DNA of 64,000 nt, taken from assembly GCA_003220495.1 (NCBI GenBank), contig QHSP01000023.1, positions 31,437 to 95,436 on the forward strand, given 5' to 3'. The position numbers and the translations under genes were made by a program. The notes below the pieces were generated by a model, which saw only the letters and a program-made list of their open reading frames with translations, searched no databases and had not been told where the DNA came from. The stretch is from Candidatus Rokuibacteriota bacterium. GTDB lineage: Bacteria > Methylomirabilota > Methylomirabilia > Rokubacteriales > CSP1-6. Below, piece by piece: positions 31,917-44,610 of this stretch (position 1 is the first letter of the stretch; each line of letters starts with the position of its first letter).

Positions 31917-33287
31917 TCATCGCGACCCGGTTCCCGGCTCGCACGTCGCGGCCGCGCGCGTCGCCGAGCCCGACTTCGGGCCGAGCCCACGCAGCAGGTC
32001 GATCGCCGCCTCCGTGAGACAGCGGCCGGCCGATCGGCCGTAGACTGTCGCGCACGCGACGTACTTGCCGCCGCGCGCGTCCTCGGGTGTCGTGAAATAC
32101 CCGAGGTAGTCGTTCGAGAGCCCCGCCACGACGACCGACGCGAAGCGCGCGTGCGCCTCGCGCTTGATCGTCTGGCCGAGCGCCGTCTGCAGCTCGCCCG
32201 GAACCGTCACCCACGCGGTGTCCCCGAGCGCGCCCGCGACGAGCGACACGGCGCGCGGCATCGCTCGACCGAGCGGAACCGCGAAGAAGCGGGGCACCCA
32301 GCTGCCGAAGCAGCGCTCGAGCGACACGGCCGCCGCCGGCAGCTGGACCCGTCGTTCCGCGACCCGCAAGGTCGTGACGGGCCCCGGCCGTGCTTGCGTC
32401 CAGCCGACCTCGACCGCCGCGGCCAGTGCGGCGGCCGTCTCGATCATCGCGGCCTCGCCGTGGCGGGCGGGGCTTACGTCGCCGACCGCGCCGTTGACGA
32501 AGAGAGCCGGCACCCCGAGCTTCTGCTCGAGCCGCGCGGACGCGATGCCCATGACGTCGCCCGACAGGCGCAGGTTGCTCGCCGAGAGCATGGTCCCGTG
32601 AATCGTGAAGTTCCACACCAGCGCGAGCGGCGATCCGCTGAGAGCCGTGAGCTTCAGCACGACGATCTCCAGGTCGAGCGGCTTGCCCAGCCGGCTTACG
32701 GTCACCGCGGGCGCCGAGACGCTGGTCGCCGCCACGAGCGCCGGGGCCCGCGCGCGGTCCGCCCGCTGGATCGCCGACACGGCGCTCGCCACGAGCGCGT
32801 CGCGCACCTCAGGGTCGAGCCGGTCCACGGCGACGAAGCCCACGAGTCCCGAGCCCATGAAGGCGCCGGGTCCCGAATGGGTATGGGAGGCCGAGACGAC
32901 GAGAGCCGTGGCGGGAACGCCCGAGCGGGTGAGCCGGTCCCGGACCATGTCGACGAATGCACGGTCCACGGCGATGAGGTCGAGCGTGACCCACGCGAGC
33001 CGAGTCGCTCCCGCTTCGAGCACGAGCGCGCGCGTCATCAACGGATCGCGCTCCCCGATCGAGGGCTTGAACCAGAACGCGTGGGCGTGGCGGTCGAAGA
33101 CGTCGGGCAACAGGAGGCGCCGCTTCATCGAGCCGTAGCCGGCCAGCGGTGTTCCGGACGGGACGCGCAGGGTGTCGGACGCCGCGCCGGCGGTCACGCA
33201 CTCCGCGCAGGGCACGGCGGCGGTCGCGATTCCCGTGACGCCGGCGCCGGCCAGGAGGAGGGCCAGGGCGAGCGAGCGGCCGATCAC
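31917..33287 (-). CDS. Secreted neutral/alkaline ceramidase-like hydrolase
   Basis: Signal peptide, PLAGYG, RDPLMTRALVL, SASHTHSGP, HGT, GAVGDVSP, NDYLGY. Confidence 0.75.
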   Translation of the reverse strand: MIGRSLALALLLAGAGVTGIATAAVPCAECVTAGAASDTLRVPSGTPLAGYGSMKRRLLLPDVFDRHAHAFWFKPSIGERDPLMTRALVLEAGATRLAWVTLDLIAVDRAFVDMVRDRLTRSGVPATALVVSASHTHSGPGAFMGSGLVGFVAVDRLDPEVRDALVASAVSAIQRADRARAPALVAATSVSAPAVTVSRLGKPLDLEIVVLKLTALSGSPLALVWNFTIHGTMLSASNLRLSGDVMGIASARLEQKLGVPALFVNGAVGDVSPARHGEAAMIETAAALAAAVEVGWTQARPGPVTTLRVAERRVQLPAAAVSLERCFGSWVPRFFAVPLGRAMPRAVSLVAGALGDTAWVTVPGELQTALGQTIKREAHARFASVVVAGLSNDYLGYFTTPEDARGGKYVACATVYGRSAGRCLTEAAIDLLRGLGPKSGSATRAAATCEPGTGSR

Positions 33288-34294
33288 CTCTCCGCGCACA
33301 GGTCGGCCACCAGCGCGACCATCTCCGCCCGCGGCTCTCCACTGCTCTTGAGCCGGCGCTCGGCGTCCCAGCACCGACGGAGCTTCCACGCGAAGTGGGC
33401 CTCGGAGCCGCTGGTGGAGCCGGTGAGTGTCTCGATCACGACGGGCGGCCGGCGGAGCGCCCGGGCGATCTCTTCGACCGACCGTCCGCGCCGCCGCAGC
33501 GCGACCGCGGTCCACGCCGTCCGCACGTCACGCGCGAGGACCGTGAGCAGGAGCATCGCGTCCTCGGTCGCCAGCAGGCGGTCGAGTGTCTTGAGCGCAC
33601 CGGCCCGGTCGCGGCGCTCGACGGCGCGCGTCAGGTCGAAGATGTCGTCGAGCCGCTGCTCGCCGACGATCGCGCCGACGTCCTTGACGCCGACGTTCCG
33701 GTTGTCGGCCCCGCCCGCGAGTGCGGCCTTACGCGCCTCGCCCAGCAGGGTCGCGGTGTCCTCACCCGTCAGCTCGACCAGGAGCCGCGCGGCCTCGTCG
33801 GTGAGCGTCAAGCCTTCGAGCGCCGCACGCTGGCGGATCCATCCCGCAAGATCGCGAGCGCCGCGCGTCGGGAGCTCGACGATCGCCGCGGCCGGCAGGG
33901 CCGAGAGCAGCCAGTGATCGGTGCGGCGCTCGCGCGAGGCGCGAAGCGGCTCGTCGGCCAGAAGCAGGAGACAGGTCGCCGGGTTCGGGCTCTTCGCGTA
34001 GCCGACGAGCGCGTCCGCGCCCTTCGCGGCGAGCACCTGCGCGCGGCGGACGGCCACGAGCCGGCGATCGACGCCGAGCGGCAAGGTCGAGGCCGCACGC
34101 ACGATCTCGTCGGCGGTGCTCTCTCGCGCGTCGAAAACCTCGCGGCCCCAGGCGGCGAGCGCGCGATCCGGGAACAGCGCGCGGGTCGCGGCGTCCAGCG
34201 CGTCATCGAGGAGCTGGACGTCGCCGCCGTGGAGCAGGATCAGCGCCGGCGCCTCGCCACGGTCGACCTGCTTCATGAACGTCGCGTAGTCCAT
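33284..34294 (-). CDS. holA: DNA polymerase III delta subunit
   Basis: leuS-lptE-holA synteny; LILLHG, TLPLGVDRRLV, IFDLTRAV, DAERRLKSS. Confidence 0.85.
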   Translation of the reverse strand: MDYATFMKQVDRGEAPALILLHGGDVQLLDDALDAATRALFPDRALAAWGREVFDARESTADEIVRAASTLPLGVDRRLVAVRRAQVLAAKGADALVGYAKSPNPATCLLLLADEPLRASRERRTDHWLLSALPAAAIVELPTRGARDLAGWIRQRAALEGLTLTDEAARLLVELTGEDTATLLGEARKAALAGGADNRNVGVKDVGAIVGEQRLDDIFDLTRAVERRDRAGALKTLDRLLATEDAMLLLTVLARDVRTAWTAVALRRRGRSVEEIARALRRPPVVIETLTGSTSGSEAHFAWKLRRCWDAERRLKSSGEPRAEMVALVADLCAER

Positions 34295-34532
34295 TTATCG
34301 AGTAGTTTTAGGCCGCAACCCACGAGGGTGGCCTGCTGTGGGCGCGGGTGGCTCCGCTACGCCCGTTCATTTCGTTGGCGTTGCTCGGCCCGGGTTGGCG
34401 TATCGACGGCCCGAGGGCCGACAATCCGATGTGGGGAGCGTGACCGCACGGCCGAGACCTTGAGACATTCCTTGAGGTCTGGTGGTTCGACTCGCCCGGG
34501 CTTCGGCGTGGATCGCGGGAAGATCTGCGGGG

Positions 34533-35044
34533 TCAAAACCTGTCGATGGTCAGGCTGACGATCGAGCGGGCGATCTCGATCGCCGCCGAGCGTACCGCGC
34601 CCTCTTCGGCCCCGATGGTCTGCGACACGGCCCCGAGAACCTGGAAGTCGGCTTTCTCCCTGAGGCTTTGCTGCTCGAACAGGACCGAGTTGCGGCGCAC
34701 GTCGCGCAGTTTGAGATTCATCGTCACGAGCAGCCGGTACTGGCGCACGTTGGCCTGGTTGTCGAACGCGGTGGACTGGACGCTGTAGCCGACGACCTCG
34801 CCGTCGAGGATCGCGTCGGCGTCCTCCGGCTTGACCACCCGGAGCCGACCGTTCGAGGCGAAGGCCGCGACGACCGCGCTGGTCAGGAGGGTCTCGACCG
34901 CCGGCTCGGCGGTCCGGTTCGCGAAGACGGGTACCGCGATGGTCTTGATGTGATCGGGAAGATTGCCGCGGAACGAATAGCCGCAGCCCGCGAGGCCGAT
35001 GGCGAGCAGCGCGAGGCCGAGGGCCGGCGCCCGCCCGGTCCGTG

Positions 35045-35048
<4 letters not shown>
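34533..35048 (-). CDS. lptE: LPS assembly lipoprotein LptE
   Basis: Lipobox LAGCGY; IAVPVFANRT; position after leuS. Confidence 0.85.
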
Positions 35049-37558
<2,510 letters not shown>

Positions 37559-37655
37559 GATTACGCTAGATTTTTAACATACTTAGCCAGCAGGGGCAAG
37601 CGTTGCTGACGGCGATCGGCGGTGTCTGGCGCCTCGGGCGGTCGAGGGGTCGCGT

Positions 37656-37907
37656 CTACTTCTTCACGCCGAGCATGCCGAGCGCCTCGTTGGCCTCGCG
37701 CATGGAGTCGACGTGCTTGCCTTCCTTGTGGAGAGCCGCGGCGCGGTCGAGCTTGGCCAGCGCGTTCTTCACGTTCGGATCGTTCTGGTTCATCGTCGCC
37801 GCGGCGTCGCGGCCCTGCTTGATGAGGACGGGACACATGGACGCGGAGGCCGCCGACGAGACGAGCGTCAGGGCCAGCACGGTCGCGCAGCCGAGTCGGA
37901 ATCGCAT
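37656..37907 (-). CDS. Small secreted helical protein with Cys-Pro and HxxGxH (paralog B)
   Basis: Signal peptide ending ASA; about half identical to the adjacent gene. Confidence 0.75.
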   Translation of the reverse strand: MRFRLGCATVLALTLVSSAASASMCPVLIKQGRDAAATMNQNDPNVKNALAKLDRAAALHKEGKHVDSMREANEALGMLGVKK

Positions 37908-37982
37908 CGTGACACCTCGCTGAGAGGCTCCGGCGTGACGCGGCCATTTCGGCCGCCGCGCCACGCCCAAACCGGTGTCGCT

Positions 37983-38231
37983 CTACTTCTTCAGATCAGC
38001 AGCAGCTTCGTTGGCCAGCTTGAGCGATTCGGCGTGCTGGCCCCCGTCGTGGAGCTTCTGCGCCTCGTCGAGCTTGGCGACCGCCGCCTTCACCTTCGGA
38101 TCATCAGCCTTCATCTTCGCGGCCGCTTCGCGGCCCTCCTTGATCACCTTCGGGCACGAGCTCGCGAATGCCGCACCCGCGGTGAAGGCCAGCGCGACGG
38201 TGACTGCCGTGACTGCCATGAGCTTTCTCAT
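37983..38231 (-). CDS. Small secreted helical protein with Cys-Pro and HxxGxH (paralog A)
   Basis: GGAGG RBS; signal peptide ending AFA; paralog of the adjacent gene. Confidence 0.8.
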   Translation of the reverse strand: MRKLMAVTAVTVALAFTAGAAFASSCPKVIKEGREAAAKMKADDPKVKAAVAKLDEAQKLHDGGQHAESLKLANEAAADLKK

Positions 38232-40105
38232 GGGCTGTCACCTCCCTTTGAGCCCGGTTGGCTCGCGTCATTGTAACAGTCGGTCGTGGGCTCCGGTTCC
38301 ATCTCGGTCGAGGGGTGGAAGTGGTCGAAGATCCGCTGGGCGAGCTTCGGGGTGACCTTCGGCACCGCGGCCAGCTCCGCGACCGAGGACTCCCGCACCC
38401 GGCGCGCCGAGCCGAGCGTCTTCAGGAGGCTCGTACGGATCGTCGGTCCCACCCCGGGGATCGTGTCGAGCACGGACTGGATCGTGCGCTTCGCCCGGAG
38501 CTTCTTGTGATACGTGATCGCGAAGCGATGCGCCTCGTCCCGAATCCGTTGCAGGGTGTGGAGCGCCGGCGACGTCTGATCGAGCACGAGCGGATGCAGG
38601 CTGTCGGCCTGGTAGACCTCTTCGGCCTGCTTCGCGAGCCCGACGGCCGGAATGTAGTCGAGGCCGAGATCCTGGAGCACCTTCAGCGCGGCGTTGAGCT
38701 GGCCGCGGCCGCCGTCGATCAGGATGAGATCGGGAAGCACGCTCCCCTGCTCCAGCGCCTTCGCGAAGCGCCGGGAGAGCACCTCGGCCATCGACGCGAA
38801 GTCGTCGGCGCCGGCGACGGTCCGGATCCGGAAGCGCTTGTAGTCGTCCTTCTTCATCCCGCCGTTTTCCCAGACGACCATCGAGCCCACCTGCTCGGTC
38901 CCCTGGATGTTGGAGATGTCGTAGCCCTCGATGCGATTCGGCAGCCCGGGCAGGCCGAGCGACCGCTGGAGCTCCTCGAGGACGAGCTGCTGGCGGTTGT
39001 CGCGCGAAAGCAGGCGATTCTGGAGCGCGATGGCGGCGTTCGCCTCGGCCATGGCGACGAACTGCCGCTTGGTTCCGCGCTGAGGCGCCAGCACCTGCAC
39101 CCGGCGCCCGGCCAAGGTCGAGAGCCACTCGGTCGTGAGCTCGGCCTCGGGCAGCTCTTCGGACAGGAGGATCTCGGGAGCGGGCGCGACGGCCTTGCCG
39201 TAGAACTGGCGCACGAACGCCGAGAGGATCTCCCCGTCGCTCCAGCCGGCGACCTTGTCGAAGAAGAACGGCTCCTGGCCGACGAGCCGGCCCTTGCGCA
39301 CGAAGAAGAGCTCGACGCACGCGTCGCTCCCCTGGCGAACGACGCCGACGACGTCCTGGTCGACGTCTTCCGTCGAGATGATCTTCTGGCGCTCGCGGAC
39401 CTTGTTGAGCGACTGGATCTGATCGCGGAGCACGGTCGCGCGCTCGAACTTCAGCTCGGCGGCGGCTTCTTCCATCTCCTTGGTGAGCCGCCGCGCCAGC
39501 TCCTCGTCGCGGCCCTCCAGGAAATGCGCGACGTCCTCCACGGTCCGCGCGTAGCCCTCCCGGGTCTCCCAGCCCGTGCACGGCGCGTTGCAGCGATGGA
39601 TGGCGTACTGGATGCACGGCCGCTCGAGCGAGCCGTCGATCGTGATCGAGCACGTGCGCAGCGGAAACAGCTGGCGCGTGAGTCGGAGGGTCTCGCGCAT
39701 CGCGGTGGCCGGATAGAAGGGGCCGTAGTAGCGGGCGCCGTCGCGCTGGACGCGACGGGCCACCACGAGGCGCGGGAACTCTTCGTTCGTGGTGAGCTTC
39801 AGAAACGGGTAGTGCTTGTCGTCCCTGAGAATGATGTTGTAGCGCGGCCGGTGGCGCCGCACCAGGTTGGCCTCGAGCATCAGGGCCTCGAGCTCGTTGT
39901 CGGTCACGATGTACTCGAGGTCGCGGACCTGGCGCACGAGCGCGTCGGTCTTGGGATCACGCGGGCGCGACTCCTGGAAGTAGGACCGGACGCGGCTCCT
40001 GAGGGACGCGGCCTTGCCGACGTACAGGACCTGCTGCTTGCCGTCGCGGTAGAGGTAGACTCCCGGCCTGTCCGGCACCCGGGCGATCTTCTCGTCGAGG
40101 TCCAT
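38228..40105 (-). CDS. uvrC: Excinuclease ABC subunit C
   Basis: PGVY...YVGKA GIY-YIG domain, YDISN, IDGGRGQ, RDEAHRFA, HhH. Confidence 0.97.
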   Translation of the reverse strand: MDLDEKIARVPDRPGVYLYRDGKQQVLYVGKAASLRSRVRSYFQESRPRDPKTDALVRQVRDLEYIVTDNELEALMLEANLVRRHRPRYNIILRDDKHYPFLKLTTNEEFPRLVVARRVQRDGARYYGPFYPATAMRETLRLTRQLFPLRTCSITIDGSLERPCIQYAIHRCNAPCTGWETREGYARTVEDVAHFLEGRDEELARRLTKEMEEAAAELKFERATVLRDQIQSLNKVRERQKIISTEDVDQDVVGVVRQGSDACVELFFVRKGRLVGQEPFFFDKVAGWSDGEILSAFVRQFYGKAVAPAPEILLSEELPEAELTTEWLSTLAGRRVQVLAPQRGTKRQFVAMAEANAAIALQNRLLSRDNRQQLVLEELQRSLGLPGLPNRIEGYDISNIQGTEQVGSMVVWENGGMKKDDYKRFRIRTVAGADDFASMAEVLSRRFAKALEQGSVLPDLILIDGGRGQLNAALKVLQDLGLDYIPAVGLAKQAEEVYQADSLHPLVLDQTSPALHTLQRIRDEAHRFAITYHKKLRAKRTIQSVLDTIPGVGPTIRTSLLKTLGSARRVRESSVAELAAVPKVTPKLAQRIFDHFHPSTEMEPEPTTDCYNDASQPGSKGGDSP

Positions 40106-40160
40106 AGCGACTAGATTACCGGCTCGCTTCGCCGGCGGCTCGCAAGGCCACCCGCGCGGC

Positions 40161-42143
40161 TCACTTGATCTGCTGCTTGCGCAGCGCCTTGAGCCGGTCG
40201 CGCAGCTCGGCCGCCTGCTCGAAGTCGAGGCGCTTGGCCGCCTCCTTCATCCGCGCCTCGAGCTCGCCGATGCGCGCCTGGAGCGCCGCCGGTGACTCGA
40301 AGGTCTCGGCGGTCGGCTCCTCGACCGGCACCGTGTAGTAGTCGCGCTCGTAGACCGTCTGGAGCAACTCGCGGATCGAGGACTTGATCGACTCCGGCGT
40401 GATGTCGTGCGCGTCGTTGTAGGCGCGCTGCAGCTCGCGTCTCCGCTCGGTCTCTTGGATCGTCGCCGCCATCGAGTCCGTGACGTGGTCGGCATACATG
40501 ATGACCTCGCCGTTGACGTTGCGCGCCGCGCGCCCGGATGTCTGGATGAGCGAGGTCGAGGAGCGCAGGTAGCCTTCCTTGTCGGCGTCCAGGATCGCCA
40601 CCAGGGACACCTCGGGAATGTCGAGCCCCTCGCGCAGGAGGTTGATGCCGATGAGGCCGTCGAACTTGCCCAGCCGGAGGTCGCGGATGACCGCGACCCG
40701 GTCCAGGGTGTCGATGTCGGAATGGAGGTAGCGCACGCGCAGCCCGAGCTGCTGATAGTACTCGGTGAGGTCCTCCGCCATCCGCTTGGTGAGGGTCGTC
40801 ACCAGGACGCGCTCGTTCCGGTCGGCGCGCGCCCGCAGCTCGGCGAGGAGATCGTCGACCTGGTCCTTGGCCGGCCGTACGGTGATCTTGGGATCGGTGA
40901 GCCCGGTCGGTCGGATCACCTGCTCGGCGAGCGCGTCGGCCGCGAGATCGAGCTCGTAGGCGCTAGGTGTCGCGGAAACGTAGATCGTCTGACGGGTGCG
41001 TCGCGTAAACTCGTCGAACGTCAGCGGCCGGTTGTCGAACGCGGAGGGCAGCCGAAACCCGTACTCGACGAGCGCCTCCTTGCGCGACCGATCGCCGTAG
41101 TACATGCCGCGGATCTGGGGCACCGCGACGTGGCTCTCGTCGATGATGATCAGGGCGTCCTTCGGCAGGTAGTCGATCAGGGTCGGCGGCGCCTCGCCCG
41201 GGCGGTGCCCGGTGAGGTGGCGCGAGTAGTTCTCGATGCCGTGACAGAAGCCGAGCTCCCGCAGCATCTCCATGTCGAAGATCGTGCGCTGCTCGAGTCG
41301 CTGGGCCTCGAGCAGCCGGTTCTTCTGGCGCAGGAAGGCCAGCCGCTCGCCGAGCTCTTCCTGGATCGTCGAGAACGCGCGCTCGAGCTGCGCCGCCTCG
41401 GTGACGTAGTGGCTCGCCGGATAGATGTGGACCCGGTCGATGCGCTCGAGCACCGCGCCCCGCAGCGGGTCGATGCGCGAGATCGCGTCGATCACGTCGC
41501 CGAAGAGCTCGATGCGGAGCGCGATCGACTCCTCGTTGGCCGGGAAGACCTCGACGACGTCGCCGCGGACGCGAAAGGTCCCGCGATGGAAGTCGTAGTC
41601 GTTCCGCTCGTACTGGACCGCGACGAGGCGGCGGATGATCTCGTCTCGGTCCATCCGCTCGCCCTGGCCGAGCTCGAGATGGAGCCCCTGATAGGTGTCG
41701 GGCTCGCCGATGCCGTAGATGCACGAGACCGAGGCGACCACGAGGACGTCGCGCCGCTCCAGCAGCGACTTGGTCGCCGAGTGGCGCATCCGATCGATCT
41801 CGTCGTTGATCAGCGCGTCCTTCTCGATGTACGTGTCCGACTGCGGGATGTAGGCCTCGGGCTGGTAGTAGTCGTAGTACGACACGAAGTACTCGACCGC
41901 GTTCGACGGGAAGAAGGCCCGGAACTCGCTGAAGAGCTGGGCGGCCAGGGTCTTGTTCGGCGAGATGACCAGCGTCGGCCGGTCGACGCTCGCGACTACG
42001 TTGGCGATCGAGTAGGTCTTGCCCGAGCCCGTCACGCCGCGGAGCACCATGTGCCGGCGGTTCTCGCGCACGAAGCCCGTGAGGGCGGCGATGGCCTGCG
42101 GCTGGTCGCCGCGGGGCGAGTACTCTGACGACAGCTGGAACAC
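40161..42143 (-). CDS. uvrB: Excinuclease ABC subunit B
   Basis: [29 protein letters not shown]-terminal UVR domain. Confidence 0.97.
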   Translation of the reverse strand: MFQLSSEYSPRGDQPQAIAALTGFVRENRRHMVLRGVTGSGKTYSIANVVASVDRPTLVISPNKTLAAQLFSEFRAFFPSNAVEYFVSYYDYYQPEAYIPQSDTYIEKDALINDEIDRMRHSATKSLLERRDVLVVASVSCIYGIGEPDTYQGLHLELGQGERMDRDEIIRRLVAVQYERNDYDFHRGTFRVRGDVVEVFPANEESIALRIELFGDVIDAISRIDPLRGAVLERIDRVHIYPASHYVTEAAQLERAFSTIQEELGERLAFLRQKNRLLEAQRLEQRTIFDMEMLRELGFCHGIENYSRHLTGHRPGEAPPTLIDYLPKDALIIIDESHVAVPQIRGMYYGDRSRKEALVEYGFRLPSAFDNRPLTFDEFTRRTRQTIYVSATPSAYELDLAADALAEQVIRPTGLTDPKITVRPAKDQVDDLLAELRARADRNERVLVTTLTKRMAEDLTEYYQQLGLRVRYLHSDIDTLDRVAVIRDLRLGKFDGLIGINLLREGLDIPEVSLVAILDADKEGYLRSSTSLIQTSGRAARNVNGEVIMYADHVTDSMAATIQETERRRELQRAYNDAHDITPESIKSSIRELLQTVYERDYYTVPVEEPTAETFESPAALQARIGELEARMKEAAKRLDFEQAAELRDRLKALRKQQIK

Positions 42144-42157
42144 GGTGTCGAGCTACG

Positions 42158-42688
42158 TCAGGAGGGTGTCGGAACGGCGAGGAGGTATTTTCGCCAAGAA
42201 TCCAGGAGCGAGTGCGCATGCGGATGCCGGAGCATGTGCGTCGAGAACACGAACTTGGGATGCACCGGCTCCCGGATGAGCCGCATCCCGACCTCGTCGG
42301 CGAGGCGGTTGCCCTTGCGCAGATTGCAGCGGAGACAGGCCGCGACCACGTTCACCCAGCTCGTCTCGCCCCCGCGCGAGCGCGGCACGACGTGGTCGAC
42401 CGTGAGCCGCTCGCCGCGGCGGTTGCAATACTGGCAGGTGTAGCCGTCGCGGCGCAGGATGTTCTTCTTGTTGAAGGCCACGCGGTCCAGGAACGGCTTG
42501 CGGATGTACATGGCGAGCCGGATCACCGCCGGCAGGGCGAACGTCACCGAGGGCGACCGGACCACGCGCGGCGACGCTTCGACGGCTTCCGCCTTGCCGG
42601 CCAGGAGCAAGGTGATCGCGCGGCGGGCGTTGGTGAAATGCAGCGGCTCAAAGGTGTAGTTGAGCACTAATACCGCAATTTCATCCAT
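42158..42688 (-). CDS. HNH endonuclease (McrA-like)
   Basis: VLVLN, RRDGYTCQYC, TVDHVVPRSRGG, WVNVVAACLRCNLRK. Confidence 0.9.
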   Translation of the reverse strand: MDEIAVLVLNYTFEPLHFTNARRAITLLLAGKAEAVEASPRVVRSPSVTFALPAVIRLAMYIRKPFLDRVAFNKKNILRRDGYTCQYCNRRGERLTVDHVVPRSRGGETSWVNVVAACLRCNLRKGNRLADEVGMRLIREPVHPKFVFSTHMLRHPHAHSLLDSWRKYLLAVPTPS

Positions 42689-42738
42689 ACTTACCGAGTT
42701 AGTCTAGTCGGCGCGTCGCGGGGTGTCAAATCACGACC

Positions 42739-43671
42739 TCACCCCCGGAGAAGCTGCCGGAAGAGGAACGCGAGGTTCGCCGGCCGCTCGGCGAGGCGCC
42801 GCACGAAGTAGCCGTACCAGTCCTCCCCGTACGGGATCAGCACGCGGAGCCGGCTGCCCGCCGCGCCGAGCGTCGCGTGCAGATCGTGGCGGATTCCGTA
42901 GAGCATCTGGATCTCGTACCGGTCGGCCGTTACCCCTCCCGCCTTCGCTTTCTCGCGGGCCCGCGCGATCAGGCGCTCGTCGTGGGTGGCGAACGCCGGG
43001 TACACGCCCCGCGCCAGCGCGTCGGCCGACAGCAGCCGATCCAGCAAGCGGGCGTAGCTCGCGTCGACGTCGCGCTTGTCGGGAAACGCGATCGCAGGAG
43101 GCTCGCGGTACGCGCCCTTGCACAGGCGAACGGTCGCGCCGATCTCGATCAGACGCTCGACGTCCTGCGCGGTGCGTCTGAGATACGACTGAACGACGCA
43201 GGCCAGGTTGGAATACGTTGGGTGGAGGCGCCGGTACAGCTCGAGCGTGCGGTCGGTGTAGGCCGAGGACTCCATGTCGACCCACACGAGCGTCCGGGTC
43301 GCGAGCCCGCGCGCCGCGACCCGCTCGAGGTTCTCGCGGCACACCGCGTCGCCGAGATCGAGGCCGAGGTGGGTCAGCTTGAGCGATGGGACGGCCCGGA
43401 GCCGCCTCCGCCCGATCTCGGCGAGCACCTCGAGGTATGCGTCGGCCGCGCGCGCGGCGTCGTCGGTCGTCGCGACATTCTCGCCGAGGTGAGTGATCGC
43501 GGCGTCGACGCCGGCGGCGTTCAAGCGCGCGGCGACCCCGAGGGCGTCCTCGAGCGCCGGACCCGCGACGAAGCGCCTGACGAACCGCCGCGCCGCCGGG
43601 AGGCGGTCCATCGCATCGCCGATCCGCCGATGCGTCGAGAGCCTAAGGAGCAGCGCCCGGCCGAGATCCGT
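42739..43671 (-). CDS. Monofunctional proline dehydrogenase (start uncertain; ACG at 43671 proposed)
   Basis: RFVAG, LGEN, SLKLTHLG, DMES, RLCKGAY, ATHD, YFVRRLAERPAN. Confidence 0.85.
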   Translation of the reverse strand, partial: TDLGRALLLRLSTHRRIGDAMDRLPAARRFVRRFVAGPALEDALGVAARLNAAGVDAAITHLGENVATTDDAARAADAYLEVLAEIGRRRLRAVPSLKLTHLGLDLGDAVCRENLERVAARGLATRTLVWVDMESSAYTDRTLELYRRLHPTYSNLACVVQSYLRRTAQDVERLIEIGATVRLCKGAYREPPAIAFPDKRDVDASYARLLDRLLSADALARGVYPAFATHDERLIARAREKAKAGGVTADRYEIQMLYGIRHDLHATLGAAGSRLRVLIPYGEDWYGYFVRRLAERPANLAFLFRQLLRG

Positions 43672-44596
43672 GGTGGCCCTCGATCGCGTCCACGAGGACG
43701 CCTTCTCGCAGCCCGTATTCGCTGACTCGAAGCTCGTCGATCCCGATCTGGTCAAGGGTGGCCATCACGATGGCCGTGCCGGGAATGATGAGATCGGCTC
43801 GGCCCGGCTCGAGACACGGGAGCACCGCCCGCTCCTCGACCGTCAGCCCGCACAGCTGGTCCAGAAGCCGCTCGACCGCGGCGCGGCTCAGAACGTGCCC
43901 CTGCACGCGGTCCGGATCGTAGCGGACCAGACCGAGGTCGAGGGCCGCCAGGGCGGTCACCGTCCCCGCGGTTCCGACCAGATGGGCCACGCGGGCCGTG
44001 CGAATCGCTTCCGGGAGCTCGCGGTCGAGGCGCTGGCGCACCGCGTCCTGGAGCTCGCGATAGCGCGATCGCTCGACGATGCCGGGAAACGGGAAGCGCT
44101 CGGCGAGCGGGACGACGCCCAGCCGCAGACTGATCATCGAGAGGACCGCGTCGCCCTCGGACAGCACGTATTCGGTGCTCCCTCCGCCGATATCGAACGT
44201 CAGCACCAGGCCCGACAGGGGGCCGAGCCCGTGTCGTACGCCGCGGAGCGTGAGATGGGCCTCGACCTCGCCGCTCACCACGTCGACCCGGTGGCCGGTC
44301 GCGCGCTCGACCGCCGCCGTGAACGCGCGACCGTTCGACGCTTCGCGCACGGCGCTGGTGGCCACGATACGGATGTCGCTCGCGCCGAGGCGGGCACCGC
44401 GCTCGACGTACGTCAAAACGGCCGCGAGCGTTCGCGCCATCGGCGCCTCGCCCAGCGCGCCGGTGTGCGCGAGGTTCTCGCCAAGCCGGGTGATGGTCTG
44501 GTCCTGGTCGGCGATGCGCCACGCCCCGACGCCGACCACGTCGGCGACGAGCAGGCGCACCGTGTTGCTGCCGACGTCGATCGCGCAGAGGCGCAT
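43643..44596 (-). CDS. Ppx/GppA phosphatase
   Basis: IDVGSNT, ATSAVREASN, DIGGGSTE, RADLI, GLREG. Confidence 0.92.
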   Translation of the reverse strand: MRLCAIDVGSNTVRLLVADVVGVGAWRIADQDQTITRLGENLAHTGALGEAPMARTLAAVLTYVERGARLGASDIRIVATSAVREASNGRAFTAAVERATGHRVDVVSGEVEAHLTLRGVRHGLGPLSGLVLTFDIGGGSTEYVLSEGDAVLSMISLRLGVVPLAERFPFPGIVERSRYRELQDAVRQRLDRELPEAIRTARVAHLVGTAGTVTALAALDLGLVRYDPDRVQGHVLSRAAVERLLDQLCGLTVEERAVLPCLEPGRADLIIPGTAIVMATLDQIGIDELRVSEYGLREGVLVDAIEGHHGSRPGAAP

Positions 44597-44610
44597 GGCC
44601 GAAAGCGACA

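Noticed and set aside
34481-34500. GGTTCGACTC as a tRNA or tmRNA T-loop
   Set aside because: The T-stem does not pair properly; no acceptor stem, D-arm or CCA end.
34308-34532. Open frame continuing past the lptE TGA (readthrough)
   Set aside because: The translation is not protein-like, and LptE is complete at the stop.
42158-42688. HNH gene as IscB/Cas9-like or part of a restriction system
   Set aside because: Only 176 aa, with no RuvC motifs, adjacent ncRNA, array or methyltransferase.
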